Shown: piece by piece, positions 1-7,873 of the stretch
Numbering within the stretch: the first letter of the stretch is position 1
Layout: every line of letters begins with the position of its first letter
Source: Bellilinea caldifistulae
Lineage (GTDB): Bacteria; Chloroflexota; Anaerolineae; Anaerolineales; Anaerolineaceae
Assembly: GCF_001306055.1 (NCBI RefSeq)
Contig: NZ_LGHJ01000012.1
Location: 30,001-62,000, forward strand
DNA length: 32,000 bases
Direction of reading: 5' to 3'
The notes under the pieces: generated by a model
What the model saw: the letters and a program-made list of their open reading frames with translations, nothing else
Databases searched by the model: none
Told to the model about the DNA's origin: nothing
Translations under genes and position numbers: made by a program

Positions 1-1
1 A

Positions 2-169
2 CTGGAAACCCTGAAATTGATTTGTCCCAATCTGGTGATTGCCGCCCTGTGCAGCGGTCAGATTACCGGTAAGGAAATCTGGATTGGGCAGGTCAATGCC
101 GTCTTCTGTAAGAGCGATCCGCCGGATTCACTCCTGAACTGGCTCAAGAACCCGTTTGGCCCCCGTTGA
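2..169 (+). CDS. 3' end of an unidentified protein-coding gene (partial, runs off the left edge)
   Basis: Frame 2 is open from the window edge to TGA at 167-169 (...LNWLKNPFGPR*). I recognise no motif. Confidence 0.35.
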   Translation: METLKLICPNLVIAALCSGQITGKEIWIGQVNAVFCKSDPPDSLLNWLKNPFGPR

Positions 170-179
170 GGCACGAGTC

Positions 180-698
180 CTATTCCAAAAACCGGCTTAC
201 CTGAGCCGATAAAAACCGGGCAATTTCCGTTTCTTCAAACGGCCAGGCATAAATCAAACGGATTGCGGGAAATTCGGATTGAAGTTTTTGGATTTGGGCA
301 GGAATCTCATGCTCAGCATGTTCACCGCCGCGGGTCATCATGGGAGTAACCACGGCAATTCGTTGAAAACCCTCTTCCACTGCTCCTTTCACCGCCTCTT
401 CCAGCGTCGGCGCACAAAACTCGTTGAAACACACCCGCGTTTCCAGCCCGCTTACGGCTTCGAGCTGTTGGGCAAGTGAAAGGCTGGCTGCATGAAAGGG
501 GTCATTTTCGGCTGTCCGCGGCCAGTTGCGCATTTTTCGATCCAGCTCCGCATAGCGGATTTGGCTGGCTTCGTCCATGCTGTGCGGGGCAGTTTCAAGC
601 CGCGCGTGGTATCCAAAAAGTTCCGCCAGTTCCCGTTTGGGAAAATCATTAGGTGGTGAGCCGTGCATGGCAAGGATTAATATCGTTTTCATCTTCAC
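180..698 (-). CDS. cbiX: CbiX/SirB-family sirohydrochlorin chelatase (small CbiX type)
   Basis: 172-aa ORF. The N-terminal LILAMHGSP and the later TRGGEHAEHEIP resemble the two His-containing CbiX motifs. Size fits the short CbiX form. Confidence 0.65.
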   Translation of the reverse strand: MKMKTILILAMHGSPPNDFPKRELAELFGYHARLETAPHSMDEASQIRYAELDRKMRNWPRTAENDPFHAASLSLAQQLEAVSGLETRVCFNEFCAPTLEEAVKGAVEEGFQRIAVVTPMMTRGGEHAEHEIPAQIQKLQSEFPAIRLIYAWPFEETEIARFLSAQVSRFLE

Positions 699-960
699 CC
701 TTTACAATAAACCTGTGATATTACTGAAAATCCTCTTGATCGGTTGGATCATTCTGATTGGGGCAATCATCCTGAACGGATTGGCTGGGGTGCTGGGACT
801 GACCACCTGGTACACCTTTCTGGGGAAAATCGCTCAGCAAGGCTGGCCTTCCACCTTGCGCCAGACCCCAATTATAAGTCATCTGTTCCTGTTTTTGATT
901 TATCCACTCCTGTTGGGCGGTTTGGCGTGGCTGGGGTTGAAGTTGTTCCGTTTGTGGTAA
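667..960 (+). CDS. small multi-pass membrane protein, function unknown
   Basis: Very hydrophobic product (ILLIGWIILIGAIILNGLAGVLGL..., LFLFLIYPLLLGGLAWLGL). The start is uncertain: ATG 667 overlaps the cbiX 5' end, and in-frame GTG 715 is an alternative. The 577 start in the track is unlikely. Confidence 0.45.
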   Translation: MARINIVFIFTLYNKPVILLKILLIGWIILIGAIILNGLAGVLGLTTWYTFLGKIAQQGWPSTLRQTPIISHLFLFLIYPLLLGGLAWLGLKLFRLW

Positions 961-1000
961 ACCGGACAAAGCAGGTGCAACCCTGAGGTACAATTCGGAC

Positions 1001-1483
1001 ATGGATGATTTTCTGCCTGAACCCTCTCGAATATCGGAAAACGGCCTGACCGCCGAACAACGCCGGACATTGGAAGGTCTGCTTTTTATCCTGAATCATG
1101 AATCCAACACCCACCTGCGCTTGAAAGCCGTACGCGCCCTCAGTCGTTTCGAAGAGATGAGTGCGCTGCGCACCCTCGCCGAACTTGCGCTTTATGAGGA
1201 AGATCAACCCGTTCGACAGGCAGCTCATCAAGAACTGGTCAACCTGTTTGGCGAGGAAAGCGATGCCTTTTTAGAAAGCATCCGCAGCGAATTTGAAGGT
1301 CAGGAAGAAGCCGAAGATGACCCCTTCCCCTTTTCATCGCCGCGGATGGATCCAATCATCTCCCAACCCGTGTCGGAGTATTCGTTTTCACCGGTCGTAC
1401 AGGAAGAACGGACACCCGTTTGGGTATGGCTGCTGATTGTATTATTCGTTTTTGGAGGCATTTTATTATTTGTTTTGAGATGA
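1001..1483 (+). CDS. HEAT-repeat-like protein with acidic linker and C-terminal transmembrane anchor
   Basis: LRLKAVRALSRFEEMSALRTLAELALYEEDQPVRQAAHQEL looks like HEAT/PBS-lyase repeats. The C-terminal WVWLLIVLFVFGGILLFVL is a TM helix. Confidence 0.6.
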   Translation: MDDFLPEPSRISENGLTAEQRRTLEGLLFILNHESNTHLRLKAVRALSRFEEMSALRTLAELALYEEDQPVRQAAHQELVNLFGEESDAFLESIRSEFEGQEEAEDDPFPFSSPRMDPIISQPVSEYSFSPVVQEERTPVWVWLLIVLFVFGGILLFVLR

Positions 1484-1494
1484 TAGGAAACCAG

Positions 1495-2577
1495 ATGAAC
1501 AGAGGAACACTCTCAAGAAGGGATTTTTTAAAATGGAGTGCAGCGGCTCTGGCGGGGATGGCTTTTCAGCCCAGGCTGGTCTGGCAGCAACTGACCGGGG
1601 AATGGCCGGATGCCGAACGCTTGGGCCGGGTGACTTCCGGCAGAGTCTCCATCTGGTCAAAACCGTCCGCCGAGAGCCAGCAGCTGAAAACCATCTACGA
1701 CGATCACATTGTTGTGTGGCTGCGCGAGGTCATCGGCGAACCACCCGGCCTGACCCTCAGTCGGCGCTGGGTTGAAACACCGGAGGGTTACATCTACGCA
1801 CCGCGCCTTCAGCCGGTGCGCTACCTGCCCAATGAACCTGTCAGCGACCTGCCAACCGGACCTCTGGGTAGGGGCATGTGGGCAGAAGTCACTGTTCCCT
1901 ATCTGGATGTCACTCTCCACAATCCGCCGGCTCGCGCCCCATGGTTGAAAGAGGCTCAATTCCCGCGTCTGTATTACAGCCAGATTTTCTGGATTGACGA
2001 CCTGCGCACCGGCAGCGATGGACAGGTGTACTACCGGGTCACCCAAAAGTACGGCTACGGTGATATTCTGTGGGCGCCGGCGTTCGGCTTCCGCCCCCTG
2101 ACCCGCGAAGAACTCGACCCGATCCACCCGGAAGCGGAAGACAAGCGCATTGTGGTCAATTTGAATTACCAAATGCTGTCCTGTTTTGAGGGCAGTCGTG
2201 AGGTGTACGCCTGCCGGATTTCATCCGGTGCAAAATTCGACAAGGACGGAAACCCGACCGAAAAATGGTCAACACCGGTCGGAACCATGCCGACCTGGCG
2301 CAAGCTGATTTCACACCACATGAGCGGCGGGGTGAGCGGCAGCGGCTGGGATTTACCCGGCATTGCCTGGACAATCCTCTTTTCCGGCAACGGTGAGGCG
2401 ATCCACTCCACTTTCTGGCACAATGACTTTGGCACACCCCGTTCGCGCGGCTGCATCAATGCCGCTCCCGATGATGCCAGGTGGATCTTCCGCTGGTCCG
2501 AGCCCCATATACCCTACGATGTCGGCGAGATGACCATTTCCATGCCGGGCGGCACCAAAGTGCAGGTCATCGGGTAA
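1495..2577 (+). CDS. Tat-signal L,D-transpeptidase (YkuD domain) family protein
   Basis: ATG 1495 gives MNRGTLSRRDFLKWSAAALAGMAF, a twin-arginine signal. The C-terminal IHSTFWHNDFGTPRSRGCIN matches the YkuD His...(S)xGC catalytic motif. The 1420 start in the track would bury the signal peptide. Confidence 0.8.
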   Translation: MNRGTLSRRDFLKWSAAALAGMAFQPRLVWQQLTGEWPDAERLGRVTSGRVSIWSKPSAESQQLKTIYDDHIVVWLREVIGEPPGLTLSRRWVETPEGYIYAPRLQPVRYLPNEPVSDLPTGPLGRGMWAEVTVPYLDVTLHNPPARAPWLKEAQFPRLYYSQIFWIDDLRTGSDGQVYYRVTQKYGYGDILWAPAFGFRPLTREELDPIHPEAEDKRIVVNLNYQMLSCFEGSREVYACRISSGAKFDKDGNPTEKWSTPVGTMPTWRKLISHHMSGGVSGSGWDLPGIAWTILFSGNGEAIHSTFWHNDFGTPRSRGCINAAPDDARWIFRWSEPHIPYDVGEMTISMPGGTKVQVIG

Positions 2578-2584
2578 CTCCGCC

Positions 2585-3112
2585 ATGCCGGTGACTCCCT
2601 TTCATTTCGGAGCAGGTCTGGCTGGCAAAGCGGCGCTACCACGCCGATTCGGGCTGCTGGCTTTTTGTGCTGCCAATATCATCATTGATGTTGAACCGCT
2701 TTATTACGCCCTTACGGGCCAGTACCCGCTGCACCGCTTTCTTCACACCTTGCCGGGCGCGCTGGTCGCTTCACTGTTGACCGTTGTCCTGTTCTGGCTG
2801 ATGAGATCTGCATGGACATGGCTGCGTCTGAGCCAGGATTTGATTCGGTTGGAATTGCATCCGTCAGCCGTCTGGCTGGGCGCATTGAGCGGGGCGTTCA
2901 GCCATGTGCTTTTCGACAGTGTGGTTCATGGGGATGTTCATCCCTTCTCGCCGCTTTCTCAGCTCAATCCGTTTTTGGATTGGTTCACAATCGGTCAGGT
3001 TCAAGGCTTCTTAACCCTGCTGGGGTTCTTCGGCATCGCAGGATGGGTATTCCGCACCTTTCTGCGCCCTTCCAGAAAATCCGCCTTTGAACCCTTCGAT
3101 AAAAATCCATGA
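2585..3112 (+). CDS. integral membrane protein, DUF4184/YdjM-like putative metal-dependent hydrolase
   Basis: 175-aa ORF with 4-5 hydrophobic segments and conserved-looking His residues (MPVTPFHFG, HRFLHTLPG, FSHVLFDSVVHGDVHPF). The family call is from memory only. Confidence 0.5.
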   Translation: MPVTPFHFGAGLAGKAALPRRFGLLAFCAANIIIDVEPLYYALTGQYPLHRFLHTLPGALVASLLTVVLFWLMRSAWTWLRLSQDLIRLELHPSAVWLGALSGAFSHVLFDSVVHGDVHPFSPLSQLNPFLDWFTIGQVQGFLTLLGFFGIAGWVFRTFLRPSRKSAFEPFDKNP

Positions 3113-3238
3113 TCCTGCCCACAGCCCCGATGGAAGCCAGATATTTTCCCAAACAGGTTCAGCCACAAGATGTCCACCAAGAGTTGAGACATTTCCTCCC
3201 CCCATCCAACGGCGAGCAGTGGTAAACTTATCTCGGCC

Positions 3239-3967
3239 ATGAACCGTTCCAGTCCCATCACTTCATTACTGGCGTTTGTACTTTTTAGCACAGGGCTTGC
3301 AGCCGGTTTAATCTGGTGGGGCAGTAGTGCCTGGGCCGATCTGGAAGCCTCGTTATTTGACGCCTCCATCACAGCCGATGTGGTCTTGAATGACCTTCGC
3401 TGTCCGCAATATATCACACCGGAAGAGATTGCCGCCGTTTCCATACGCGTGCAAAACCCCACCGACCGCATCCTGCGTCAGTCGGCGCGCATTCACATCA
3501 GTTACGGCTTTGTGACTCTCATGCGCGAAGAGAATATCCTGCTGGAAATGCAGCCGCGTGAAAGCCGTCAACTGGAATGGTATGTTACCGCCGACGATGT
3601 AGCCTGGGGTCGGCTGGTGCTGGTACGCCTGCACCTGTCCCGCAGTTTTCCGCTCCCCAGCCGCACCGCCACCTGCGGAATTGTGCTGGTCAATCTGCCG
3701 TGGCTGAACGGGAATCACATTTCCTTGCTGCTGGCCGGTATTACCCTGGCAGGCACAATCGGCGGCTGGCGGTTGTATCTCAAAGCCAACCAACCCCTGA
3801 CGAACCGTCAGCGCAATGTGGCCGCTTTGATGCTGGCGTGGACGATTTTATTGATTGCGGGAAACCTGCTGGCACTTTTGGGTATCTGGATCGCTGCCGG
3901 TGTATTGTTCCTGCTTTCGATTATTTTTCTGGTCATCAGCCTGACCTACCTGATTTACCCGGTCTGA
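3239..3967 (+). CDS. membrane protein: N-terminal TM, extracytoplasmic beta-rich domain, C-terminal TM bundle; function unknown
   Basis: 242-aa ORF. It has N-terminal hydrophobic ITSLLAFVLFSTGLAAGLIWW and three C-terminal TM segments. No catalytic motif recognised. Confidence 0.6.
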   Translation: MNRSSPITSLLAFVLFSTGLAAGLIWWGSSAWADLEASLFDASITADVVLNDLRCPQYITPEEIAAVSIRVQNPTDRILRQSARIHISYGFVTLMREENILLEMQPRESRQLEWYVTADDVAWGRLVLVRLHLSRSFPLPSRTATCGIVLVNLPWLNGNHISLLLAGITLAGTIGGWRLYLKANQPLTNRQRNVAALMLAWTILLIAGNLLALLGIWIAAGVLFLLSIIFLVISLTYLIYPV

Positions 3968-4048
3968 AAGATCCATCCTCCTTTTTTGTGAGCAAAGTTG
4001 TTTTGTGGGTTGATTCTGGATTTTGAGCCGCTTTCCGAATTTTTTTGA

Positions 4049-4077
4049 TTGACAGAGCAGTCCACCTGCGGTATGAT
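4049..4077 (+). promoter_or_regulatory. sigma70-type promoter of the SRP RNA gene
   Basis: TTGACA (4049-4054), a 17-nt spacer, then TATGAT (4072-4077). This places a start around 4083-4085, at the first paired base of the SRP RNA. Confidence 0.6.
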
Positions 4078-4082
4078 AAGCC

Positions 4083-4193
4083 CGCGTCCGGGTGGGACCG
4101 GCGCGGCAGAATCCGCCGAACCCTGTCAGGTCCGAGAGGAAGCAGCAGTAAGGTGGTCACTCTGGGCGCCGCCGGCAAACCTGCCCGGCGCAC
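4083..4193 (+). ncRNA. ffs: signal recognition particle RNA (small bacterial 4.5S type)
   Basis: CCCUGUCAGGUCCGAGAGGAAGCAGCAGUAAGG matches the conserved SRP domain IV (GUCAGGUCC-GNRA-GGAAGCAGC) with a GAGA tetraloop. The terminal helix is 4084-4096 (GCGUCCGGGUGGG) paired with 4180-4191 (CCUGCCCGGCGC). Confidence 0.8.
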
Positions 4194-4206
4194 TCGTTAA
4201 GCCAAG

Positions 4207-5091
4207 ATGACATCACAACCCCCCATTTGCGATTACGAAGGTTCAGACTATCAACAGCGCTTCTGGGAGCAAGGAGGACGCGCCTACGAAGATGCGGTTG
4301 AGGCGGTTGCCCTGCGCCGTTTACTGCCTCCCAAAGGCCGGCTGATGCTGGAATTGGGCGCCGGAGCAGGACGCAACACCCCCCGTTACGCCGGTTTTGA
4401 ACAGGTTGTCCTGCTCGATTACTCCCGCACTCAGTTGGAGCAGGCTCGCGCCCGGCTGGGCGACGGCCCGCGTTATCGCTTTGTGGCTGCGGATATTTAT
4501 CATCTTCCTTTTGTTCCTTCCCTGTTCGACGGCGCCACCATGATCCGCACGCTGCATCACATGGCCGAACCCCGCCGCGCGCTGGAAAATGTGCAACGGG
4601 TATTGCAGGATAACGCCGTCTTCATCCTGGAATTTGCCAACAAGCAAAATCTAAAAGCCATTCTGCGCTACTGGTTGCGAAGACAAACGTGGAGTCCTTT
4701 CAGCCCGGAACCGGTTGAGTTTGCCCCTTTGAATTTTGATTTTCATCCTGCAACGGTTCGTTCATGGCTGCACCAGTGTGGATTTGCCATTGAACGAACC
4801 CTGACGGTTTCGCACTTTCGGTTTGACCTGCTGAAACGCCTGATCCCGCTGCCAATCCTGGTTGGCATGGACAGTCTGGCACAATGGAGCGGCAACTGGT
4901 GGCAGCTCAGCCCAAGCGTTTTTGTCGGTTGCCGCGCGAAAAAAGACTCTCCATCCCGCCCGGTCAACGGATTCTTTGCCTGCCCGGTCTGTCAAACCCC
5001 GCTGGAAGATACCCCACCGCTGATCACCTGCCCGAACTGCGCCCGACAGTACCCGGTCGAAAATCAGATTTACGATTTTCGGCTGAAATAG
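4207..5091 (+). CDS. class I SAM-dependent methyltransferase with C-terminal Trm112-like zinc ribbon
   Basis: LELGAGAGRNT is a motif I glycine loop. The C-terminal FACPVCQTPLEDTPPLITCPNCARQYPVENQIYDF is a CxxC...CxxC Trm112-type ribbon. Confidence 0.8.
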   Translation: MTSQPPICDYEGSDYQQRFWEQGGRAYEDAVEAVALRRLLPPKGRLMLELGAGAGRNTPRYAGFEQVVLLDYSRTQLEQARARLGDGPRYRFVAADIYHLPFVPSLFDGATMIRTLHHMAEPRRALENVQRVLQDNAVFILEFANKQNLKAILRYWLRRQTWSPFSPEPVEFAPLNFDFHPATVRSWLHQCGFAIERTLTVSHFRFDLLKRLIPLPILVGMDSLAQWSGNWWQLSPSVFVGCRAKKDSPSRPVNGFFACPVCQTPLEDTPPLITCPNCARQYPVENQIYDFRLK

Positions 5092-5094
5092 ACC

Positions 5095-5841
5095 TCATCC
5101 CCTCCCGGCTGTCTTCTCAATCACCCAGAAATGCGACAAACCGAAAATCCGCAGGGGTGTCTTCTCAACCGATTGCAAGATAAAACGCAGCAACCTGCCC
5201 GCCCAACCAAACCGCTGAATCAGGTTGTCGTATGCCCCAAAAATGACGGTGCGGTGAATCACCTTGACCGGTAAATCCGCGAACAACCGTAATAAATCCG
5301 AACGGCTGTAAACCCGCACATGCGGCGCCAGGCGATTGCGCAAGGTGCGCGGCAGATAGTTGATCAATGGAATGTTGCCAAAACGGTATTTACCCTGCCA
5401 GTAAATTCCGTGGGTTTCAAACGGATAGCCGCGGTTGGGGCAGAACAAAACCAGCCGCCCGCCCGGTTTCAGCACCCGCACCATCTCGATGATCGCCTGC
5501 CGGTCATCCTGCACATGCTCAATGACCTCATGGCTCAATACCAGATCGAAGGTATTCTCCGGCAGAGGCAGAGCCTCCCCCGCCCCGCAAATGACCTGCT
5601 CGGAACGTTGATGCGCCTCTCTGGCGCGTTCATGCTCAATATCCAGTCCAACCGCTTGAACGGCATTTTCCGCAAGCCGGGCCAGGTACATCCCTACCCC
5701 ACAGCCGTCCACAAAGATGCGTCCCTTCAGGCGTTCGCCGGCAGCCTCGCGGATCATCTCTAACCGGCGCTCCTGGCCTGCCCGCCACACCTGGGAAGGA
5801 ACCCCGCGTTCGGCGGCTTTTTGCAAGATGCTGTTTTCCAT
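5095..5841 (-). CDS. class I SAM-dependent methyltransferase (Methyltransf_11-like)
   Basis: VDGCGVGMY is motif I, and FDLVLSHEVIEHVQDD and LKPGGRLVL match post-I/II motifs. I prefer ATG 5841 (MENSILQ..., AGGA upstream) over the track start 5922. Confidence 0.8.
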   Translation of the reverse strand: MENSILQKAAERGVPSQVWRAGQERRLEMIREAAGERLKGRIFVDGCGVGMYLARLAENAVQAVGLDIEHERAREAHQRSEQVICGAGEALPLPENTFDLVLSHEVIEHVQDDRQAIIEMVRVLKPGGRLVLFCPNRGYPFETHGIYWQGKYRFGNIPLINYLPRTLRNRLAPHVRVYSRSDLLRLFADLPVKVIHRTVIFGAYDNLIQRFGWAGRLLRFILQSVEKTPLRIFGLSHFWVIEKTAGRG

Positions 5842-5948
5842 ATCGCACAATCCTACCACGAATTTTCCCCAAAGGATTGACAAACAGGGGGTTTTATCCG
5901 AAAATGTAGCCCTCAAATTCATTCTATTTTCAGGAGGTGACGGTTCAA

Positions 5949-6323
5949 GTGAACACCCTTAAGCTTGGCGAGCATTTTATTTGCGATCTCTCGGAATGCG
6001 ACCGGGAGCTTTTGTTGGACGCCGAACGCGCCAGTGAGTTATTCACCCGCGCTGTGGATGAAAGCGGTCTGACCATCGTGAATAAAGGATTTTACAAGTT
6101 TAATCCGCACGGGTTTACCTGTTTTCTGTTATTGGCTGAATCCCACGCCAGTTTACACGCCTGGCCGGAATACGGGTACTGTGCGATTGATCTGTTCACT
6201 TGTAACCTGAGCCTGGATATTTCTCCTCTCGTTGGACGATTACAGGACCTTTTCGGTGCAAAACATTGCTCGGTGTATCATCTGGATCGGGCTGCTGAAG
6301 TAAGTGAGCCGGTATTGATCTGA
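5949..6323 (+). CDS. speH: S-adenosylmethionine decarboxylase proenzyme (pyruvoyl type, class 1)
   Basis: LLAESHASLHAWPEYGYCAIDLFTCN matches the ES self-cleavage site and following motif of bacterial AdoMetDC. AGGAGG at 5932-5937 is 11 nt upstream of in-frame GTG 5949, whereas GTG 5937 overlaps the SD. Confidence 0.85.
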   Translation: MNTLKLGEHFICDLSECDRELLLDAERASELFTRAVDESGLTIVNKGFYKFNPHGFTCFLLLAESHASLHAWPEYGYCAIDLFTCNLSLDISPLVGRLQDLFGAKHCSVYHLDRAAEVSEPVLI

Positions 6324-6327
6324 GGCG

Positions 6328-7161
6328 ATGAAGATGAGCAGCGTTTGGTTTACAGAAGAATTACACCCCTATTACCGCAAAGCCTTGCGGGTCAAAGCCA
6401 TTTTAGAAGACGAACAAACTCCCTACCAGCACATACAGGTGCTGGACACCGAGTTTTTTGGCAAAACCCTGATTCTGGACGACATCATCCAGCTAACCGA
6501 GCGGGATAATGCCGGCTATCATGAGATGATCACCCACATTCCCATGCTGGCACAGGGTTCCCCCCGGCGGGTATTGATTGTCGGCGGCGGAGATGGCGGC
6601 AGCCTTCAACAGGTTTTGAAGCATTCCTCCGTGGAGGAGGCCGTCGTTTGTGAGCTGGATCGGCGAGTGGTGGAAGTCAGCCGCAAGCACTTCACTCAAT
6701 TTGGCGACCCGTGGAGCGATCCGCGCGCCAGACTGGTGATTCAGGATGCCTTTACCTACCTGGAAGGCGGCCGCGAAAAATTCGATGTGATCATTTCGGA
6801 TACCACCGACCCAATCGGCATGGCTGAGCGTCTGTTCAGCGAGGAATTTTACCGCCTCATGTCGGCCGCCCTCAACCCCGGCGGGGCAATCGCTACCCAG
6901 TGCGAACAGCCCTTCTTCGATACGGCGCTGATCCGTGAAATTTACTCATTTGCCAGAACTCTGACGCGCCATCCTGCCTACTACTACGCTCACATCCCCA
7001 CCTACCCCGGCGGCGGCATCGGCTTCATGTACCTGTCAGATACGCCATGGCAGGAAGGCCTGAAACGCGACTACCCCCAGGGATTGAATTACCTCAACCG
7101 CGAAGTGCATCAGGCTGCATTTGCGCTGCCGGAATTTTTCCGGCGTGAGTTGTACGGCTGA
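6328..7161 (+). CDS. speE: spermidine synthase / polyamine aminopropyltransferase
   Basis: QHIQVLDTEFFGKTLILDDIIQLTERDNAGYHEMITHIP and VLIVGGGDGGSLQQVLKH are the canonical SpeE motifs. The gene sits 4 nt after speH. Confidence 0.9.
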   Translation: MKMSSVWFTEELHPYYRKALRVKAILEDEQTPYQHIQVLDTEFFGKTLILDDIIQLTERDNAGYHEMITHIPMLAQGSPRRVLIVGGGDGGSLQQVLKHSSVEEAVVCELDRRVVEVSRKHFTQFGDPWSDPRARLVIQDAFTYLEGGREKFDVIISDTTDPIGMAERLFSEEFYRLMSAALNPGGAIATQCEQPFFDTALIREIYSFARTLTRHPAYYYAHIPTYPGGGIGFMYLSDTPWQEGLKRDYPQGLNYLNREVHQAAFALPEFFRRELYG

Positions 7162-7162
7162 T

Positions 7163-7873
7163 TCAGCCCGGTTTGACGGCTTGATGAATGGCCACCACCC
7201 CAAACAGGTAACGGCGGAAAGTCACCTGTCGAAAACCAGCTGCTTCTATCGTCTGCGCCAGCGATTCAGCTCTTAAGAAATTCTCGCTGGAGGCTGGCAG
7301 GTACACATACGCATCCCGTTCCCCGGTGATGATTTGACCGAGCAGCGGGATGATCTGCCGCATGTGAAAGCGGATGAAGGGAGATAAAGGGCTTCTTTGC
7401 GGTGGTGGGGTTGTATCCAGCGCTGCCCAGCGTCCGCCCGGTTTAAGCACGCGGTATTGTTCGGCAATCGCCCTCGGCAGGTCGGCTACATTGCGTAGCA
7501 AAAAACCGGAAACCACCGCATCAAACGTTTCGTCGGGGTAAGGCAGGTTCAATGCATCGGCAGCACACCAGACCAGCCCGCGCAGATGGCGCGGTTGACC
7601 AGCCAGCATCATCCCCAGGGTAAAGTCCGCCGCTACCGAAAGGCATTCCGGCTGCTGACGCAAGGCTTCGCGGGCAATATCTCCCGTGCCCGCCCCCAAA
7701 TCCAGTAAGCGCGCACCGGGCTGAAGCCGTACCAGGCGGATGATTTCTTTCCGCCAGCGCACATCCTGACCGGCGGTCATCAGGCGGTTCATCAGGTCGT
7801 AACGCGGGGCAATCCGGCTGAACATCCCCCGCACGCGGGACGCCTTATCGCTGCTGCTCAGGTCATTCCTCAT
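7163..7873 (-). CDS. ubiE: demethylmenaquinone / ubiquinone-family C-methyltransferase UbiE/MenG
   Basis: The N-terminal SRVRGMFSRIAPRYDLMNRLMTAGQDVRWRKE is the UbiE/MenG signature. LDLGAGTGD is motif I and LKPGGRWAALD follows. Confidence 0.85.
   Translation of the reverse strand: MRNDLSSSDKASRVRGMFSRIAPRYDLMNRLMTAGQDVRWRKEIIRLVRLQPGARLLDLGAGTGDIAREALRQQPECLSVAADFTLGMMLAGQPRHLRGLVWCAADALNLPYPDETFDAVVSGFLLRNVADLPRAIAEQYRVLKPGGRWAALDTTPPPQRSPLSPFIRFHMRQIIPLLGQIITGERDAYVYLPASSENFLRAESLAQTIEAAGFRQVTFRRYLFGVVAIHQAVKPG

Noticed and set aside
3001-3471. 156-aa minus-strand ORF spanning the 3113-3238 intergenic gap
   Set aside because: It overlaps the ends of two better-supported plus-strand membrane-protein genes and has no recognisable motif or SD.
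3936-4193. 85-aa minus-strand ORF between the membrane-protein and methyltransferase genes
   Set aside because: It overlaps the SRP RNA and its promoter. The Arg/Pro-rich product is typical of translated structured GC-rich RNA genes.
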